Positions 18,864 through 28,100 of a DNA stretch of 64,000 nucleotides are shown piece after piece. Within the stretch, counting starts at the first letter, position 1, and every line of letters begins with the position of its first letter. The DNA lies in contig JBGSSR010000078.1 of assembly GCA_041736905.1 (NCBI GenBank), forward strand, positions 1,283-65,282, in the 5' to 3' direction. The stretch is from Sphingomonadaceae bacterium. GTDB taxonomy: Bacteria; Pseudomonadota; Alphaproteobacteria; Sphingomonadales; Sphingomonadaceae. Made by a program: the position numbers and the translations under genes. Below the pieces are notes generated by a model. The model saw nothing but the letters and a program-made list of their open reading frames with translations. It made no database searches and was not told where the DNA came from.

Positions 18864-19483
18864 CCTTCACCCTGCATTCTGGCCATCCGTTTGGTCAAAG
18901 GGCTGAACGTTGCTGGGACGCCTTTTGCCAGCATATCGGCGGGCACGTCCTTGGTCACAATCGCCCCCGCCGCGATAACGGCATTGTCGCCAATGGTAAC
19001 GCCGGGAATGATTTTCGCGCCAAGACCGATGTAGACATTATTGCCAATGGTCACCGGACCCTTCGACGTTTCGGCATCGACCAGCACAGGCGAGTTGGTA
19101 TCCGCCGTCACTGAATAAATCGCCACCTGCGCCGAAATCGCACAGCCCTCGCCAATTGTGACGCCGCCCATGCCGGATACGATCGACATGCGTGAAATAT
19201 GCGTGTTCTTGCCAATGTGGATATAGCCATGGCCAGCGGTCACATATTGTCCGCCATCAAACAGCTTTACATTCGCCCCGAGTTTGAAATTCTCGCCCTC
19301 AAACTGCATGTGCCGCCCGATGACGAGGTTTCGGCTACCGAAACGAAACCCCCAATAGATGCCGCGTATTTTGCGCTCCAACCCATAGGCCTTCCCCGGC
19401 ACAAATATGCCGAGCAAGAAACCCGCCGCGCGTGCCAAAATCTCCACCAGCGTCAGCGGCACCAATCGCATTAGAAATCGCAT
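18860..19483 (-). CDS. Left-handed beta-helix (hexapeptide-repeat) acetyltransferase, WcaF/NodL-like
   Basis: Hexapeptide repeats IGKNTHISRMSIVSGMGGVTIGEGCAIS ... VTIGNNVYIGLGAKIIPGVTIGDNAVIAAGAIV. ATG 19483 shares one nt with the upstream TGA. The ORF opens at 19501. Confidence 0.82.
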   Translation of the reverse strand: MRFLMRLVPLTLVEILARAAGFLLGIFVPGKAYGLERKIRGIYWGFRFGSRNLVIGRHMQFEGENFKLGANVKLFDGGQYVTAGHGYIHIGKNTHISRMSIVSGMGGVTIGEGCAISAQVAIYSVTADTNSPVLVDAETSKGPVTIGNNVYIGLGAKIIPGVTIGDNAVIAAGAIVTKDVPADMLAKGVPATFSPLTKRMARMQGEG

Positions 19484-20283
19484 CACGCGCCCCCCACCCA
19501 TGACCGGTCGGGTTCATAGCCCAAATCTATGAGCGCCTGCCCGCAATAATGGTCAAACACTTGCCGCGCTTCGTCGGAAAAGTGGTTGTGCCAATCGCCC
19601 GCGATGCCTTTGCGTAGGAAGCTGGATTTATCCTCCTGCCCTGGTTTGCGTTTGGTTTGGTTTTCGAAGGAATATTTGTCGGCAATCGCCTGCGCCCGTT
19701 CCGGCGTGATATTCAAATCAAAGGCGGCGGCGATGCGCAATATCTCACCCGCGCAATCGGCCAGCATATCCTCGTAACGTGTCTCCACCCGCACCGCCGC
19801 ATGGTCCCGCCATTGGGTCACGAAATCCTGCCATGCGAAGCCCGGCGTGATTTGGCCGGTCGCCATCAACTCGATAAAGCGAGGCATTCCGGCGCGCGTA
19901 TCTGTGACGTCAATGCCCGCCATCTGCTCGGCCACGCGGCTTTGAAATTGGTTGCTAGCGAAGTTATTTTTGAACAGGAGGTGGTGATAAAAACTACACA
20001 CCACATCCCTCCCGTCGCGCCAAATGACGACGATGTCTTTGGGGTTGGGCAGCGTTAGATGATGGCCGTGCAAAATGCACGATCCCAATGGTGGCAATTG
20101 ATTGCGCGGATTGGGAAGCTCAAACAAATCGCCCAAAATCTGGCTTAGCCAGCTGCCGCCGCTTTTGGGATATTCATTGATGGCCGGATGGAACGCCCAA
20201 AATGCCGCGCCATTCCAAATGACGTAGCGTGTGGCCGCGTTCATCACGTGCCACCACCGGGCATCTCTTTGTTTAATGATCAA
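19483..20283 (-). CDS. Sulfotransferase domain protein (Sulfotransfer_1-like, PAPS-dependent), ST3
   Basis: EYPKSGGSWLSQILGDL (PKSGTTW-type 5'-PSB loop) and IVVIWRDGRDVVCSFYHH (RDPRD-type 3'-PB segment). Confidence 0.82.
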   Translation of the reverse strand: MIIKQRDARWWHVMNAATRYVIWNGAAFWAFHPAINEYPKSGGSWLSQILGDLFELPNPRNQLPPLGSCILHGHHLTLPNPKDIVVIWRDGRDVVCSFYHHLLFKNNFASNQFQSRVAEQMAGIDVTDTRAGMPRFIELMATGQITPGFAWQDFVTQWRDHAAVRVETRYEDMLADCAGEILRIAAAFDLNITPERAQAIADKYSFENQTKRKPGQEDKSSFLRKGIAGDWHNHFSDEARQVFDHYCGQALIDLGYEPDRSWVGGA

Positions 20284-20343
20284 AACTTAAAACCCCTGTT
20301 CGCACAGAAAAACGGCATGTTGGTGCGACCCATTGCGTTATGG

Positions 20344-21357
20344 CTAGACGCCATAGAACTCCCGATACCAATTTACAAATTGCTTTATACCATCGCGCAC
20401 GTCCGTTTTTGGGGCATAGCCGGTGAGAGATCGGATCAGGTCCGCATTCGCCCATGTCGCGGGCACATCACCCATTTGCATGTCCATCATGTTACGGATG
20501 GCCTTTTTGCCGAGTTCCGCCTCAATCGCGTCAATGAAATCGGTAAGCTTCACCTTGTCCGAATTGCCGATGTTGACGACACGGAACGGCGCGGCGGGGC
20601 TTAGGCTATCGCCCAGCGCAATATCGGCGGCGCTGTCGGGGCGCACGGGAGCGGCGTCCATCAGCAGCGCAATGCCGCGCACTAAATCTTCAACATACGT
20701 AAAATCGCGATACATTTCGCCGTGGTTATAAACGTCAATCGGCTTATCATGCAGGATATTGGCGACGAATTTGAACAACGCCATATCGGGCCGACCCCAT
20801 GGGCCATAAACGGTAAAAAAACGGAACATCGTCGTCGGAATGCCCCACAAATGCGCGTAGCTATGCCCCATCACCTCGGTCGCCTTCTTCGTGGCGGCAT
20901 AGATGGTCAGTGGATGGTCGGCCTTATCCGTTTCGGCGTAAGGCAAATCCTCATTCGCGCCATAGGCAGAGGAGGTTGACGCCATCATCAAATGCCGCAC
21001 CTGATGCTCGCGCGCGATTTCCATGACGTTGAAACTGCCGACAATGTTGCTGTTGATATAGCTGCGCGGTTGTTCAAGGCTATAACGGACACCGGCCTGC
21101 GCCGCCAGATGCACGATGACTTCGGGACTGAATTCGGCCGATACGCGGGACAAAGTGTCCATATCCTCCAGCATCGCCTCAACCGGCGTGAAGGTCGGGT
21201 GCTGCTTCAATGCCGCATGGCGCGCGTGTTTCAACGCGACGTCGTAATAATCGGTGATGCCGTCATAGCCCATCACCTCATGGCCTTCTTCCAGCAGCAG
21301 CCGTGCGAGGTGGAAGCCGATGAAACCGGCGGTGCCTGTGATCAAAATGCGTGTCAT
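20344..21357 (-). CDS. NAD-dependent epimerase, UDP-glucuronate 4-epimerase-like (Cap1J/LpsL family)
   Basis: MTRILITGTAGFIGFHLARLLLEEGHEVMGYDGITDYYDVALK N-terminus and SSAYG...PLTIYAATKKA (YxxxK) block. Confidence 0.78.
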   Translation of the reverse strand: MTRILITGTAGFIGFHLARLLLEEGHEVMGYDGITDYYDVALKHARHAALKQHPTFTPVEAMLEDMDTLSRVSAEFSPEVIVHLAAQAGVRYSLEQPRSYINSNIVGSFNVMEIAREHQVRHLMMASTSSAYGANEDLPYAETDKADHPLTIYAATKKATEVMGHSYAHLWGIPTTMFRFFTVYGPWGRPDMALFKFVANILHDKPIDVYNHGEMYRDFTYVEDLVRGIALLMDAAPVRPDSAADIALGDSLSPAAPFRVVNIGNSDKVKLTDFIDAIEAELGKKAIRNMMDMQMGDVPATWANADLIRSLTGYAPKTDVRDGIKQFVNWYREFYGV

Positions 21358-21390
21358 AGTCTGCCCTAAAGCCGTTCGATTGCGGGTGCT

Positions 21391-22113
21391 TTAGACGCGT
21401 TGATGGCGGCAGGCCATGATATAATTCAGGTCCAATTTGTCACTTATCGTCAAACCGCGCGCCAATGATAAATGGATGCCCGCGGTATTGGTGACTTCCA
21501 ATCCTGCCGCATGGAGCAAGTCGTGCATCTCATCGGGCGTAATAAATTGATCCCAATGGTGCGTCCCGCGCGGGATTTGGCCGAGGCGTTCCGCGCCCTC
21601 TATCATCAACAGTCGCGAGGCTGCGGTGCGGTTTGGGGTGGATATGATTAACAGACCATCCTCGTTCAGCCGCGCCGCCAAACCGTTGATAAACGCCGCT
21701 GGGTCGGAGACATGTTCAACGACCTCCAAAGAAGTGACGAGGTCATATTGCGGTAGGTCCAATGCCAAGAAATCGCCCGCCTCATAGCGAATGGCTAAAC
21801 CCGATTGCGCCGCATGGTCCCGCGCCGCCGCTATATTTTCTGGCGCGGCATCAACGCCGGTCACATCGGCGCCCATCCGTGCGAGTGGTTCACACAGCAG
21901 ACCCGCACCGCATCCAATATCAATCGCGCTCTTGCCCGCCAAAGGCCGCAATGCCGATGGGTTGCCGCCAAAATGCGCATCAATCTGCGCGCGAATATAG
22001 CCAAGCCGCACAGGGTTCAGCTTATGCAACATTGCCGACGACCCTTTAGGGTTCCACCAATCGGCCGCCAAAGTGCCGAAATGCGCGGCTTCTTGTTCGA
22101 TAATGCTGCTCAT
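21391..22113 (-). CDS. ubiG: Bifunctional 3-demethylubiquinol 3-O-methyltransferase / 2-polyprenyl-6-hydroxyphenol methylase
   Basis: FGTLAADWWNPKGSSAMLHKLNPVRLGYIR, IDIGCGAGLL and LEVVEHV motifs. ATG 22113 has AAGGA upstream. The ORF opens at 22146. Confidence 0.88.
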   Translation of the reverse strand: MSSIIEQEAAHFGTLAADWWNPKGSSAMLHKLNPVRLGYIRAQIDAHFGGNPSALRPLAGKSAIDIGCGAGLLCEPLARMGADVTGVDAAPENIAAARDHAAQSGLAIRYEAGDFLALDLPQYDLVTSLEVVEHVSDPAAFINGLAARLNEDGLLIISTPNRTAASRLLMIEGAERLGQIPRGTHHWDQFITPDEMHDLLHAAGLEVTNTAGIHLSLARGLTISDKLDLNYIMACRHQRV

Positions 22114-22228
22114 CTTCGGTTCCTTCGTGGCGGTGTTGCGGTCCATTTACCACTCCATATTTGCATTAGCGAGACTTGTCGCGCAACCTTTGCCAAATTG
22201 AAACGCTTAGCTATTAAAGGCTTTCTGA

Positions 22229-23278
22229 ATGAACACAAAAATTACCCCTGTTATTTTATGCGGAGGCAGCGGAACACGGCTGTGGCCGTTGTCACGCCCG
22301 CAAAAACCAAAACCGTTTTTGCCTTTGCTAGGCGAGGTGTCGCTGTTTGAGGAGACCTTGGCGCGCCTGTCTGCGCCTGACCTTTTTGCTCCGCCCGTCA
22401 TCGTCGCGGGTGCGGCGCATGTGGACTTGATAGAGGAACAACTCGCTGGTCGGCCTGCGCACATCATCGTCGAACCCGCCGCGCGGAACACCGCGCCTGC
22501 AATTGCGCTCGCGGCGCATTGGGTCGCGGCGCAAAGCGAAGGGGGCGGCCCGATGTTGGTCTGTCCTAGCGACCACCATATCGCCGACGCCGATGCTTTC
22601 CACGCCGCCGTGCGCGTTGCGTTGACGGGGGCACAAGCCGGACGTTTGATGACTTTCGGCATCGCGGCCAGCCATCCGGAGACCGGTTATGGCTATTTGG
22701 AACGCGGTCGTGCATTGGCAGAAGGTGTTTACGAAGTCGCCCGCTTTGAAGAAAAACCCGCCCTGCCTCGCGCCCGCGCGTTTGTCGCTAGCGGTCGGCA
22801 TAGCTGGAACGGTGGGGTGTTCCTGTTCGACGCCGCACAGGTTTTGGTAGAATTAGCAGCTCACCGCCCAGTCATCGCCGACTCCTGCGCCGCCGCCATG
22901 GCCAATACGATTACCGAAGGTGCGCGAATCCATCCTGACGCCGCCGCCTTCACCGCGATTAAGGGCGAATCGGTCGACTATGCCGTCATGGAAAACAGCC
23001 GCAAGGTCGCGATGGTGGAGGCCGATATGGGTTGGTCCGACATTGGCAGCTTCGCTAGCCTAGCCGAGCATTTACCGCGCGACGATGATCACAACGCGGC
23101 GCGCGGACGAGTCGACATTGTTGGCGGCCATAACCTAACTGTGTTGGCTGGCGGCAAGCGCGTGTCGGTGGCGGGCGTCGATGATCTTATCATTGTCGTC
23201 GATGGCGACGACATTATGATCACCCACTCGCCTTCCGCCCAAATGGTCGGCCAATTGCCAGGCGCTAAGGGCGAGTAG
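22229..23278 (+). CDS. manC: Mannose-1-phosphate guanylyltransferase (nucleotidyltransferase domain only, no C-terminal cupin)
   Basis: ITPVILCGGSGTRLWPLSRPQKPKPFL N-terminus, GYGYLE and WNGGVFLF blocks. Confidence 0.82.
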   Translation: MNTKITPVILCGGSGTRLWPLSRPQKPKPFLPLLGEVSLFEETLARLSAPDLFAPPVIVAGAAHVDLIEEQLAGRPAHIIVEPAARNTAPAIALAAHWVAAQSEGGGPMLVCPSDHHIADADAFHAAVRVALTGAQAGRLMTFGIAASHPETGYGYLERGRALAEGVYEVARFEEKPALPRARAFVASGRHSWNGGVFLFDAAQVLVELAAHRPVIADSCAAAMANTITEGARIHPDAAAFTAIKGESVDYAVMENSRKVAMVEADMGWSDIGSFASLAEHLPRDDDHNAARGRVDIVGGHNLTVLAGGKRVSVAGVDDLIIVVDGDDIMITHSPSAQMVGQLPGAKGE

Positions 23279-23280
23279 GC

Positions 23281-24090
23281 GTGCAAATCCTCACCCGCCA
23301 TTTTGTTGAGAAGATTTGGGGGCGGCATGATGTGCCCGTTGGCTTCGGCGCGCCTGAGCGGATGCAGACAGGCGAGATTTGGTTTCAAGGTGATACTCTG
23401 CCCCCCGCGCTGGATGCCTTGCTGGTCAAATATCTGTTCACGTCAGAAAAACTGTCGGTGCAAGTGCACCCTACCGATGAACAAGCGCGCGCAATCGGCC
23501 TGTCCGGCGGCAAGAGCGAATGTTGGTTCGTGACGCATGCGGACGAAGGCGCGACGTTGGGCATTGGGCTGCACGCGCCCGTGACCGCCGCCGATTTGCG
23601 CGCCGCCGCATTGGACGGGTCCATCGAACAGGCACTGGTCTGGCACGCGGCGGAGGCGGGCCAATGCTGGTTCATCCCCGCTGGCACCATCCACGCCATA
23701 GGCCCTGGCGTGACATTGGTGGAGGTGCAGCAGGCGAATGACATCACTTATCGCCTCTATGATTATGGCCGCCCGCGCGAATTGCATTTGGACGCTGGCG
23801 TCGCGGTGGCAAAGGCAGAACCTTATGACATGGCATTGCGCACTTCGCCAAAGGGAGCGGCAAGTTGGTTATCGCGTAACGCCTATTTCGACCTTCTGCA
23901 TTTTACAGCGGACGGCGTCGAGCAAGTAAAGGCAGCGCTGACCCGCGATGCCTTGCTCATCACATTGGATCAAGAAGCGGAAGTCGGTTGCGCACTGCTC
24001 CCACCCGGCAGTGTCGCATGGGTGAAAGCAGGCGACGACATTGCTCTACCCGCTGGCGCAGCCGCGCTCCTCGCGATTCCCGCCGTATAG
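23281..24090 (+). CDS. manA: Class I mannose-6-phosphate isomerase (short type)
   Basis: VEKIWGRH...GEIWF, KLSVQVHP, SECWFV and AGTIHAIGPGVTLVEVQQ blocks. GTG start 2 nt after the manC stop. Confidence 0.78.
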   Translation: MQILTRHFVEKIWGRHDVPVGFGAPERMQTGEIWFQGDTLPPALDALLVKYLFTSEKLSVQVHPTDEQARAIGLSGGKSECWFVTHADEGATLGIGLHAPVTAADLRAAALDGSIEQALVWHAAEAGQCWFIPAGTIHAIGPGVTLVEVQQANDITYRLYDYGRPRELHLDAGVAVAKAEPYDMALRTSPKGAASWLSRNAYFDLLHFTADGVEQVKAALTRDALLITLDQEAEVGCALLPPGSVAWVKAGDDIALPAGAAALLAIPAV

Positions 24091-24145
24091 CATTTCGCAT
24101 TAAACCCGATATTGCTTTTACGCCTACGCTTGCTAAAGGGAGCGC

Positions 24146-24164
24146 GACCCCGCGTGGGGTTTTG
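24146..24164 (+). terminator. Possible weak intrinsic terminator after manA
   Basis: ACCCC-GCGT-GGGGT hairpin (5-6 bp) followed by TTTT, in the 101-nt manA-lysC spacer. Confidence 0.4.
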
Positions 24165-24191
24165 TGCAATTAAATTACAGGCTGGGCAGCA

Positions 24192-25442
24192 ATGGCACGC
24201 ATCGTGATGAAATTCGGCGGCACCTCCATGGCGGGGACGGAGCGGATTCGCACCGTCGCGTCGTTGGTCAAACGTGAGGTTGAGGCCGGCAACGAAGTCG
24301 CCGTCGTCGTCTCCGCAATGGCCGGAGAGACCGATCGATTGGTGGGATTCTGCCGTGAAGCTAACCCGATTTACGACCCCGCTGAATATGACGTTGTGGT
24401 GGCCAGCGGCGAACAAGTTACCAGCGGGTTGCTCGCGCTCACCTTGCAAGCGATGGGGGTTCCGGCGCGCAGTTGGCTGGGCTGGCAAATCCCGATCAAC
24501 ACGATTGAGGCGCACGCAAAGGCGCGGATTGCCGACATCGAATGCGACTCTATGATCGCCGCAATGCAATCGGGCCAAGTCGCCGTCGTTCCCGGCTTCC
24601 AAGGCGTCAGCGCTGACAATCGCGTCACTACGCTTGGCCGTGGCGGATCCGACACGTCGGCGGTCGCAGTTGCGGCGGCGGTGAAGGCGGACCGGTGCGA
24701 CATCTATACCGATGTGGACGGCGTCTACACCACCGACCCGCGCATTGTGGCGCGCGCGCGCAAACTCAATTACGTCACCTATGAAGAAATGCTGGAACTC
24801 GCCAGCGTCGGCGCAAAGGTGTTGCAAACCCGCTCGGTCGGCCTCGCCATGAAGGAAAAGGTGCGCGTGCAAGTGCTCTCCTCCTTCGTCGAACCCGGCC
24901 AAGCGCCAACCCAAGGCACCTTAATCGTCAGCGACGAGGAACTGGAGGAACTCAAAGTGGAACGCCAACTCATCACCGGTATCGCGCATGACAAGAATGA
25001 AGCGAAAATCACGCTAACCCGCGTCCCAGACCGCCCCGGCGCAGTGGCAACCATCTTTGGCCCGCTGGCGGAAAACAGCATCAACGTCGATATGATTATC
25101 CAAAACGTGGGCCGCGATAAGGGCGAAACCGACGTGACTTTCACCGTCCCCGCCGCCGACCTCGACCGTGCGGTGCAATTGCTGGAAGCGGATAAGGACA
25201 AAATCGGCTTCAACCGGATGCTGCCCGATACCAAGGTCGCAAAAATATCCGTCGTCGGCGTCGGCATGAAAAGCCACGCGGGCGTCGCCTCCACCATGTT
25301 CAAATCCTTGAGTGAACGTGGCATCAACATCCTCGCCATCTCAACCAGCGAGATTAAGGTATCAGTTTTGGTCGATGAGGACGAGACAGAGTTGGCCGTG
25401 CGGGTGTTGCACACGGCCTATGGGTTGGATGCGGTGGATTAG
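24192..25442 (+). CDS. lysC: Aspartate kinase
   Basis: IVMKFGGTSMAG, VVVSAMAGETDRL and GRGGSDTSAVAVAAA motifs, plus C-terminal ACT domains. Confidence 0.95.
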   Translation: MARIVMKFGGTSMAGTERIRTVASLVKREVEAGNEVAVVVSAMAGETDRLVGFCREANPIYDPAEYDVVVASGEQVTSGLLALTLQAMGVPARSWLGWQIPINTIEAHAKARIADIECDSMIAAMQSGQVAVVPGFQGVSADNRVTTLGRGGSDTSAVAVAAAVKADRCDIYTDVDGVYTTDPRIVARARKLNYVTYEEMLELASVGAKVLQTRSVGLAMKEKVRVQVLSSFVEPGQAPTQGTLIVSDEELEELKVERQLITGIAHDKNEAKITLTRVPDRPGAVATIFGPLAENSINVDMIIQNVGRDKGETDVTFTVPAADLDRAVQLLEADKDKIGFNRMLPDTKVAKISVVGVGMKSHAGVASTMFKSLSERGINILAISTSEIKVSVLVDEDETELAVRVLHTAYGLDAVD

Positions 25443-25446
25443 GGCG

Positions 25447-25881
25447 ATGATAGGGATTTTCGCAAAATTCTGCATTCGCGTATCGCTTGGACTCGGGGCA
25501 ATTTATTTTTCAGTTGCCCCCGTTAGTGCTAAATCTGTCGAAGATAAGGATGCGCGAAATTCGCTCTTGTTTATTTACAGCTATGCCAACTTCTGTTCCG
25601 AAGCTCATGCTTATATTGAAACCGACGGCTTTCGGAAAGATGGTATTAAAATCGAGGATTATCCTGAGCTTTTGTTTTGGACTAAGCTAGCTGGAAATTC
25701 TGCATCAGGTCTCAAATTAAACCCAAGTGATATGGGTAAAATATCTGGTTTTTCTATTGTGTCTCGAGAAAAGGTTCTCGGATACGATCGGATGATGTCG
25801 GATATGCGTATAATCGCTGCGGATTGTGAAAAACAGAAGCCTAAATATGAGTTAGGCCTCTCAATATTCAAACCTTATTAA
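25447..25881 (+). CDS. Hypothetical secreted protein (ORFan, AT-rich)
   Basis: [30 protein letters not shown] is a signal-peptide-like N-terminus. I recognise no family. The region is markedly AT-rich. The ORF opens at 25312 inside lysC, so ATG 25447 was chosen. Confidence 0.45.
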   Translation: MIGIFAKFCIRVSLGLGAIYFSVAPVSAKSVEDKDARNSLLFIYSYANFCSEAHAYIETDGFRKDGIKIEDYPELLFWTKLAGNSASGLKLNPSDMGKISGFSIVSREKVLGYDRMMSDMRIIAADCEKQKPKYELGLSIFKPY

Positions 25882-26794
25882 AACACCACCGCAACACGCT
25901 TTTCTGTGCGTGCAGGCGGTTTTCCGCCTCATCGAACACCACGCTCGCCGCGCTGTCGAACACGTCCTGCGTCACTTCTTCGCCCACATGGGCGGGCAGG
26001 CAATGGAGGAACAGGGCGTCGGGTTTCGCCTGCGCCATCAACGCGGCGTTGACCTGATACGGCATCATCGCGGCCAGCTTTTCCGCGCCGTCCGATTGCC
26101 CCATCGAAATCCATGTGTCGGTAACAATCACATCCGCGCCCGCCGCCGCCTCTTCAGCGGAGCGAGTAAGCGTCACGGTCGCTCCGGCCGCGCGCGCGGC
26201 TTGCGCAAACGACGGGTCGGGATCGTAACCCTCTGGTATGCCCATGCGCAAATTGAATTTGAACAGACCGGCTGCCTCAACAATGGAATGCAGCACGTTG
26301 TTGCCATCGCCCAACCACGCGACTTCAAGCCCCGGCAACGCCTTGCCGTGCTCCGCGAGCGTCAGCAAATCGGCGACAATCTGACACGGGTGCGACAAAT
26401 CGGTCAGGCCATTGATGACGGGAACGGACGCAAAACGCGCCATTTCCTCAATCTTTGCATGGTCGTCGGTGCGGATCATGATGGCGTCCACCATGCGGCT
26501 GAGCACGCGCGCGGTGTCGGCAATGCTCTCCCCGCGGCCCAATTGCGACGTTCCGCCATCGAGGATCAGGCTGCTGCCGCCCAACTGCCGGATCGCCATG
26601 TCGAAACTGACGCGGGTGCGGGTCGAGTTTTTCTCAAAAATCATGCCCAACGTATGGCCCGCCAAGGGTGCATCGGCGTCCGCCTTGCCCTTGGGCCAGC
26701 CCGCCCTCGCCGCTTTCCGGTCCAGCGCATCGGCCAACATCGCGGCGACGCCATCGGCGCCCGCATCGCTCAAATTGATGAAGTGCCGCGTCAT
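25868..26794 (-). CDS. argF: Ornithine carbamoyltransferase
   Basis: [10 protein letters not shown] start, [15 protein letters not shown] and HCLPA motifs. Confidence 0.93.
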   Translation of the reverse strand: MTRHFINLSDAGADGVAAMLADALDRKAARAGWPKGKADADAPLAGHTLGMIFEKNSTRTRVSFDMAIRQLGGSSLILDGGTSQLGRGESIADTARVLSRMVDAIMIRTDDHAKIEEMARFASVPVINGLTDLSHPCQIVADLLTLAEHGKALPGLEVAWLGDGNNVLHSIVEAAGLFKFNLRMGIPEGYDPDPSFAQAARAAGATVTLTRSAEEAAAGADVIVTDTWISMGQSDGAEKLAAMMPYQVNAALMAQAKPDALFLHCLPAHVGEEVTQDVFDSAASVVFDEAENRLHAQKSVLRWCFNKV

Positions 26795-27975
26795 TTGGTA
26801 AAGTTCCCCGCACCTGCGCTCAACCGTTCGATGCATTCATCGACGTGGGCTTGTTCGATAATCAGCGGCGGCAAAATCCGAATGGTGTTGTCGCCCGCCG
26901 CAACAGTGAGCAGTCCGTGATGGTCGCGCAAGTGCGCCACGAAATCGCGCGGCTCCTTCCCCTCGGCCAATTTGATGCCGAGCATCAACCCCATCCCGCG
27001 CACTTCGGTGAAGAGTTCGGGATAGTTGCCGATGAATTGCTCCAACGCACCGCGCAGTTTTGCGCCGATGTCGCGGACGTGAGCGAGGAATTCGTCATTC
27101 GCGACCACGTCCCAAACCGCCTGCCCCGCCGCCATGGCTAACGGGTTGCCGCCATAAGTGGAGCCATGCGTACCAAAGACCATGCCGCGCGCGGCCTTTT
27201 CGGTCGCGAGGCACGCACCCATTGGGAAGCCGCCCCCAATGCCTTTCGCGGTGGCCACTACGTCGGGGATGATGTCATATTGCTCATAGGCATAGAGCGT
27301 ACCGGTACGTGCGACACCGCATTGGACCTCATCAAGCACCAATAACGCATCGTGCTCGTCCGCCAATTTGCGTAGCCCCTGAAGGAACTCTTTCTCCGCC
27401 GGACGCACGCCGCCCTCGCCTTGCACGGGTTCGACCAGGAACGCCGCCGTGCTGGCATCCATCGCTGCTTTCGCGCCCTCAAGATCGCCAAACGGCACAT
27501 ATTTGAACCCGGGCAGCAACGGCAGGAAATTATGGTGCATTTTTTCCTGATTGCTCGCCGAAATGGTCGCCATCGTCCGCCCATGGAAAGCATTGTTGAA
27601 AGTGATGATTTCAAACCGGCCTGAATGGCCCGCCGATTGATGGTAGGCACGTGCGGTTTTCATCGCGCATTCGACCGCTTCCGCACCGCTGTTGGTGAAG
27701 AACACGGTGTCGGCGAAGGTCGTGTCCACGATACGTTGCGCAAAGGCCTCGCCCTGCGGAGAGCCATAAAGGTTGGAGACGTGCATCAAGGTCGCGGCCT
27801 GATCCGCAATCGCCATGGTCAGATGCGGATGGCCATGACCTAGCAAATTGACGGCAATGCCACTGGCGAAATCGAGGTATTTTTCGCCATTCTCGCCATA
27901 AAGATAGCACCCCTCACCGCGCACAGGACGCACGCCGCACCGGGGGTAAACGGGCATAAGCGGGGTAATCGTCAT
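26791..27975 (-). CDS. argD: Acetylornithine (and likely succinylornithine) aminotransferase
   Basis: Class-III aminotransferase blocks [25 protein letters not shown] and [17 protein letters not shown] lies 6 nt before ATG 27975. Confidence 0.92.
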   Translation of the reverse strand: MTITPLMPVYPRCGVRPVRGEGCYLYGENGEKYLDFASGIAVNLLGHGHPHLTMAIADQAATLMHVSNLYGSPQGEAFAQRIVDTTFADTVFFTNSGAEAVECAMKTARAYHQSAGHSGRFEIITFNNAFHGRTMATISASNQEKMHHNFLPLLPGFKYVPFGDLEGAKAAMDASTAAFLVEPVQGEGGVRPAEKEFLQGLRKLADEHDALLVLDEVQCGVARTGTLYAYEQYDIIPDVVATAKGIGGGFPMGACLATEKAARGMVFGTHGSTYGGNPLAMAAGQAVWDVVANDEFLAHVRDIGAKLRGALEQFIGNYPELFTEVRGMGLMLGIKLAEGKEPRDFVAHLRDHHGLLTVAAGDNTIRILPPLIIEQAHVDECIERLSAGAGNFTK

Positions 27976-28017
27976 ATGGGCCTCCTGTGGCGTGCCGCCA
28001 AATTCAGCGGCGGTGGT

Positions 28018-28051
28018 AAAAAACAAAAAGGGCGGCCTATCACAGGCCGCC
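28018..28051 (-). terminator. Rho-independent terminator of the dnaK-dnaJ operon
   Basis: On the minus strand, GGCGGCCT-GTGAT-AGGCCGCC is followed by CTTTTTGTTTTTT, about 50 nt after the dnaJ stop. Confidence 0.85.
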
Positions 28052-28100
28052 GCTCATTTGCTTATATCGCCGCGCAATTCCCATGGCAAGCGCGTTTGGG

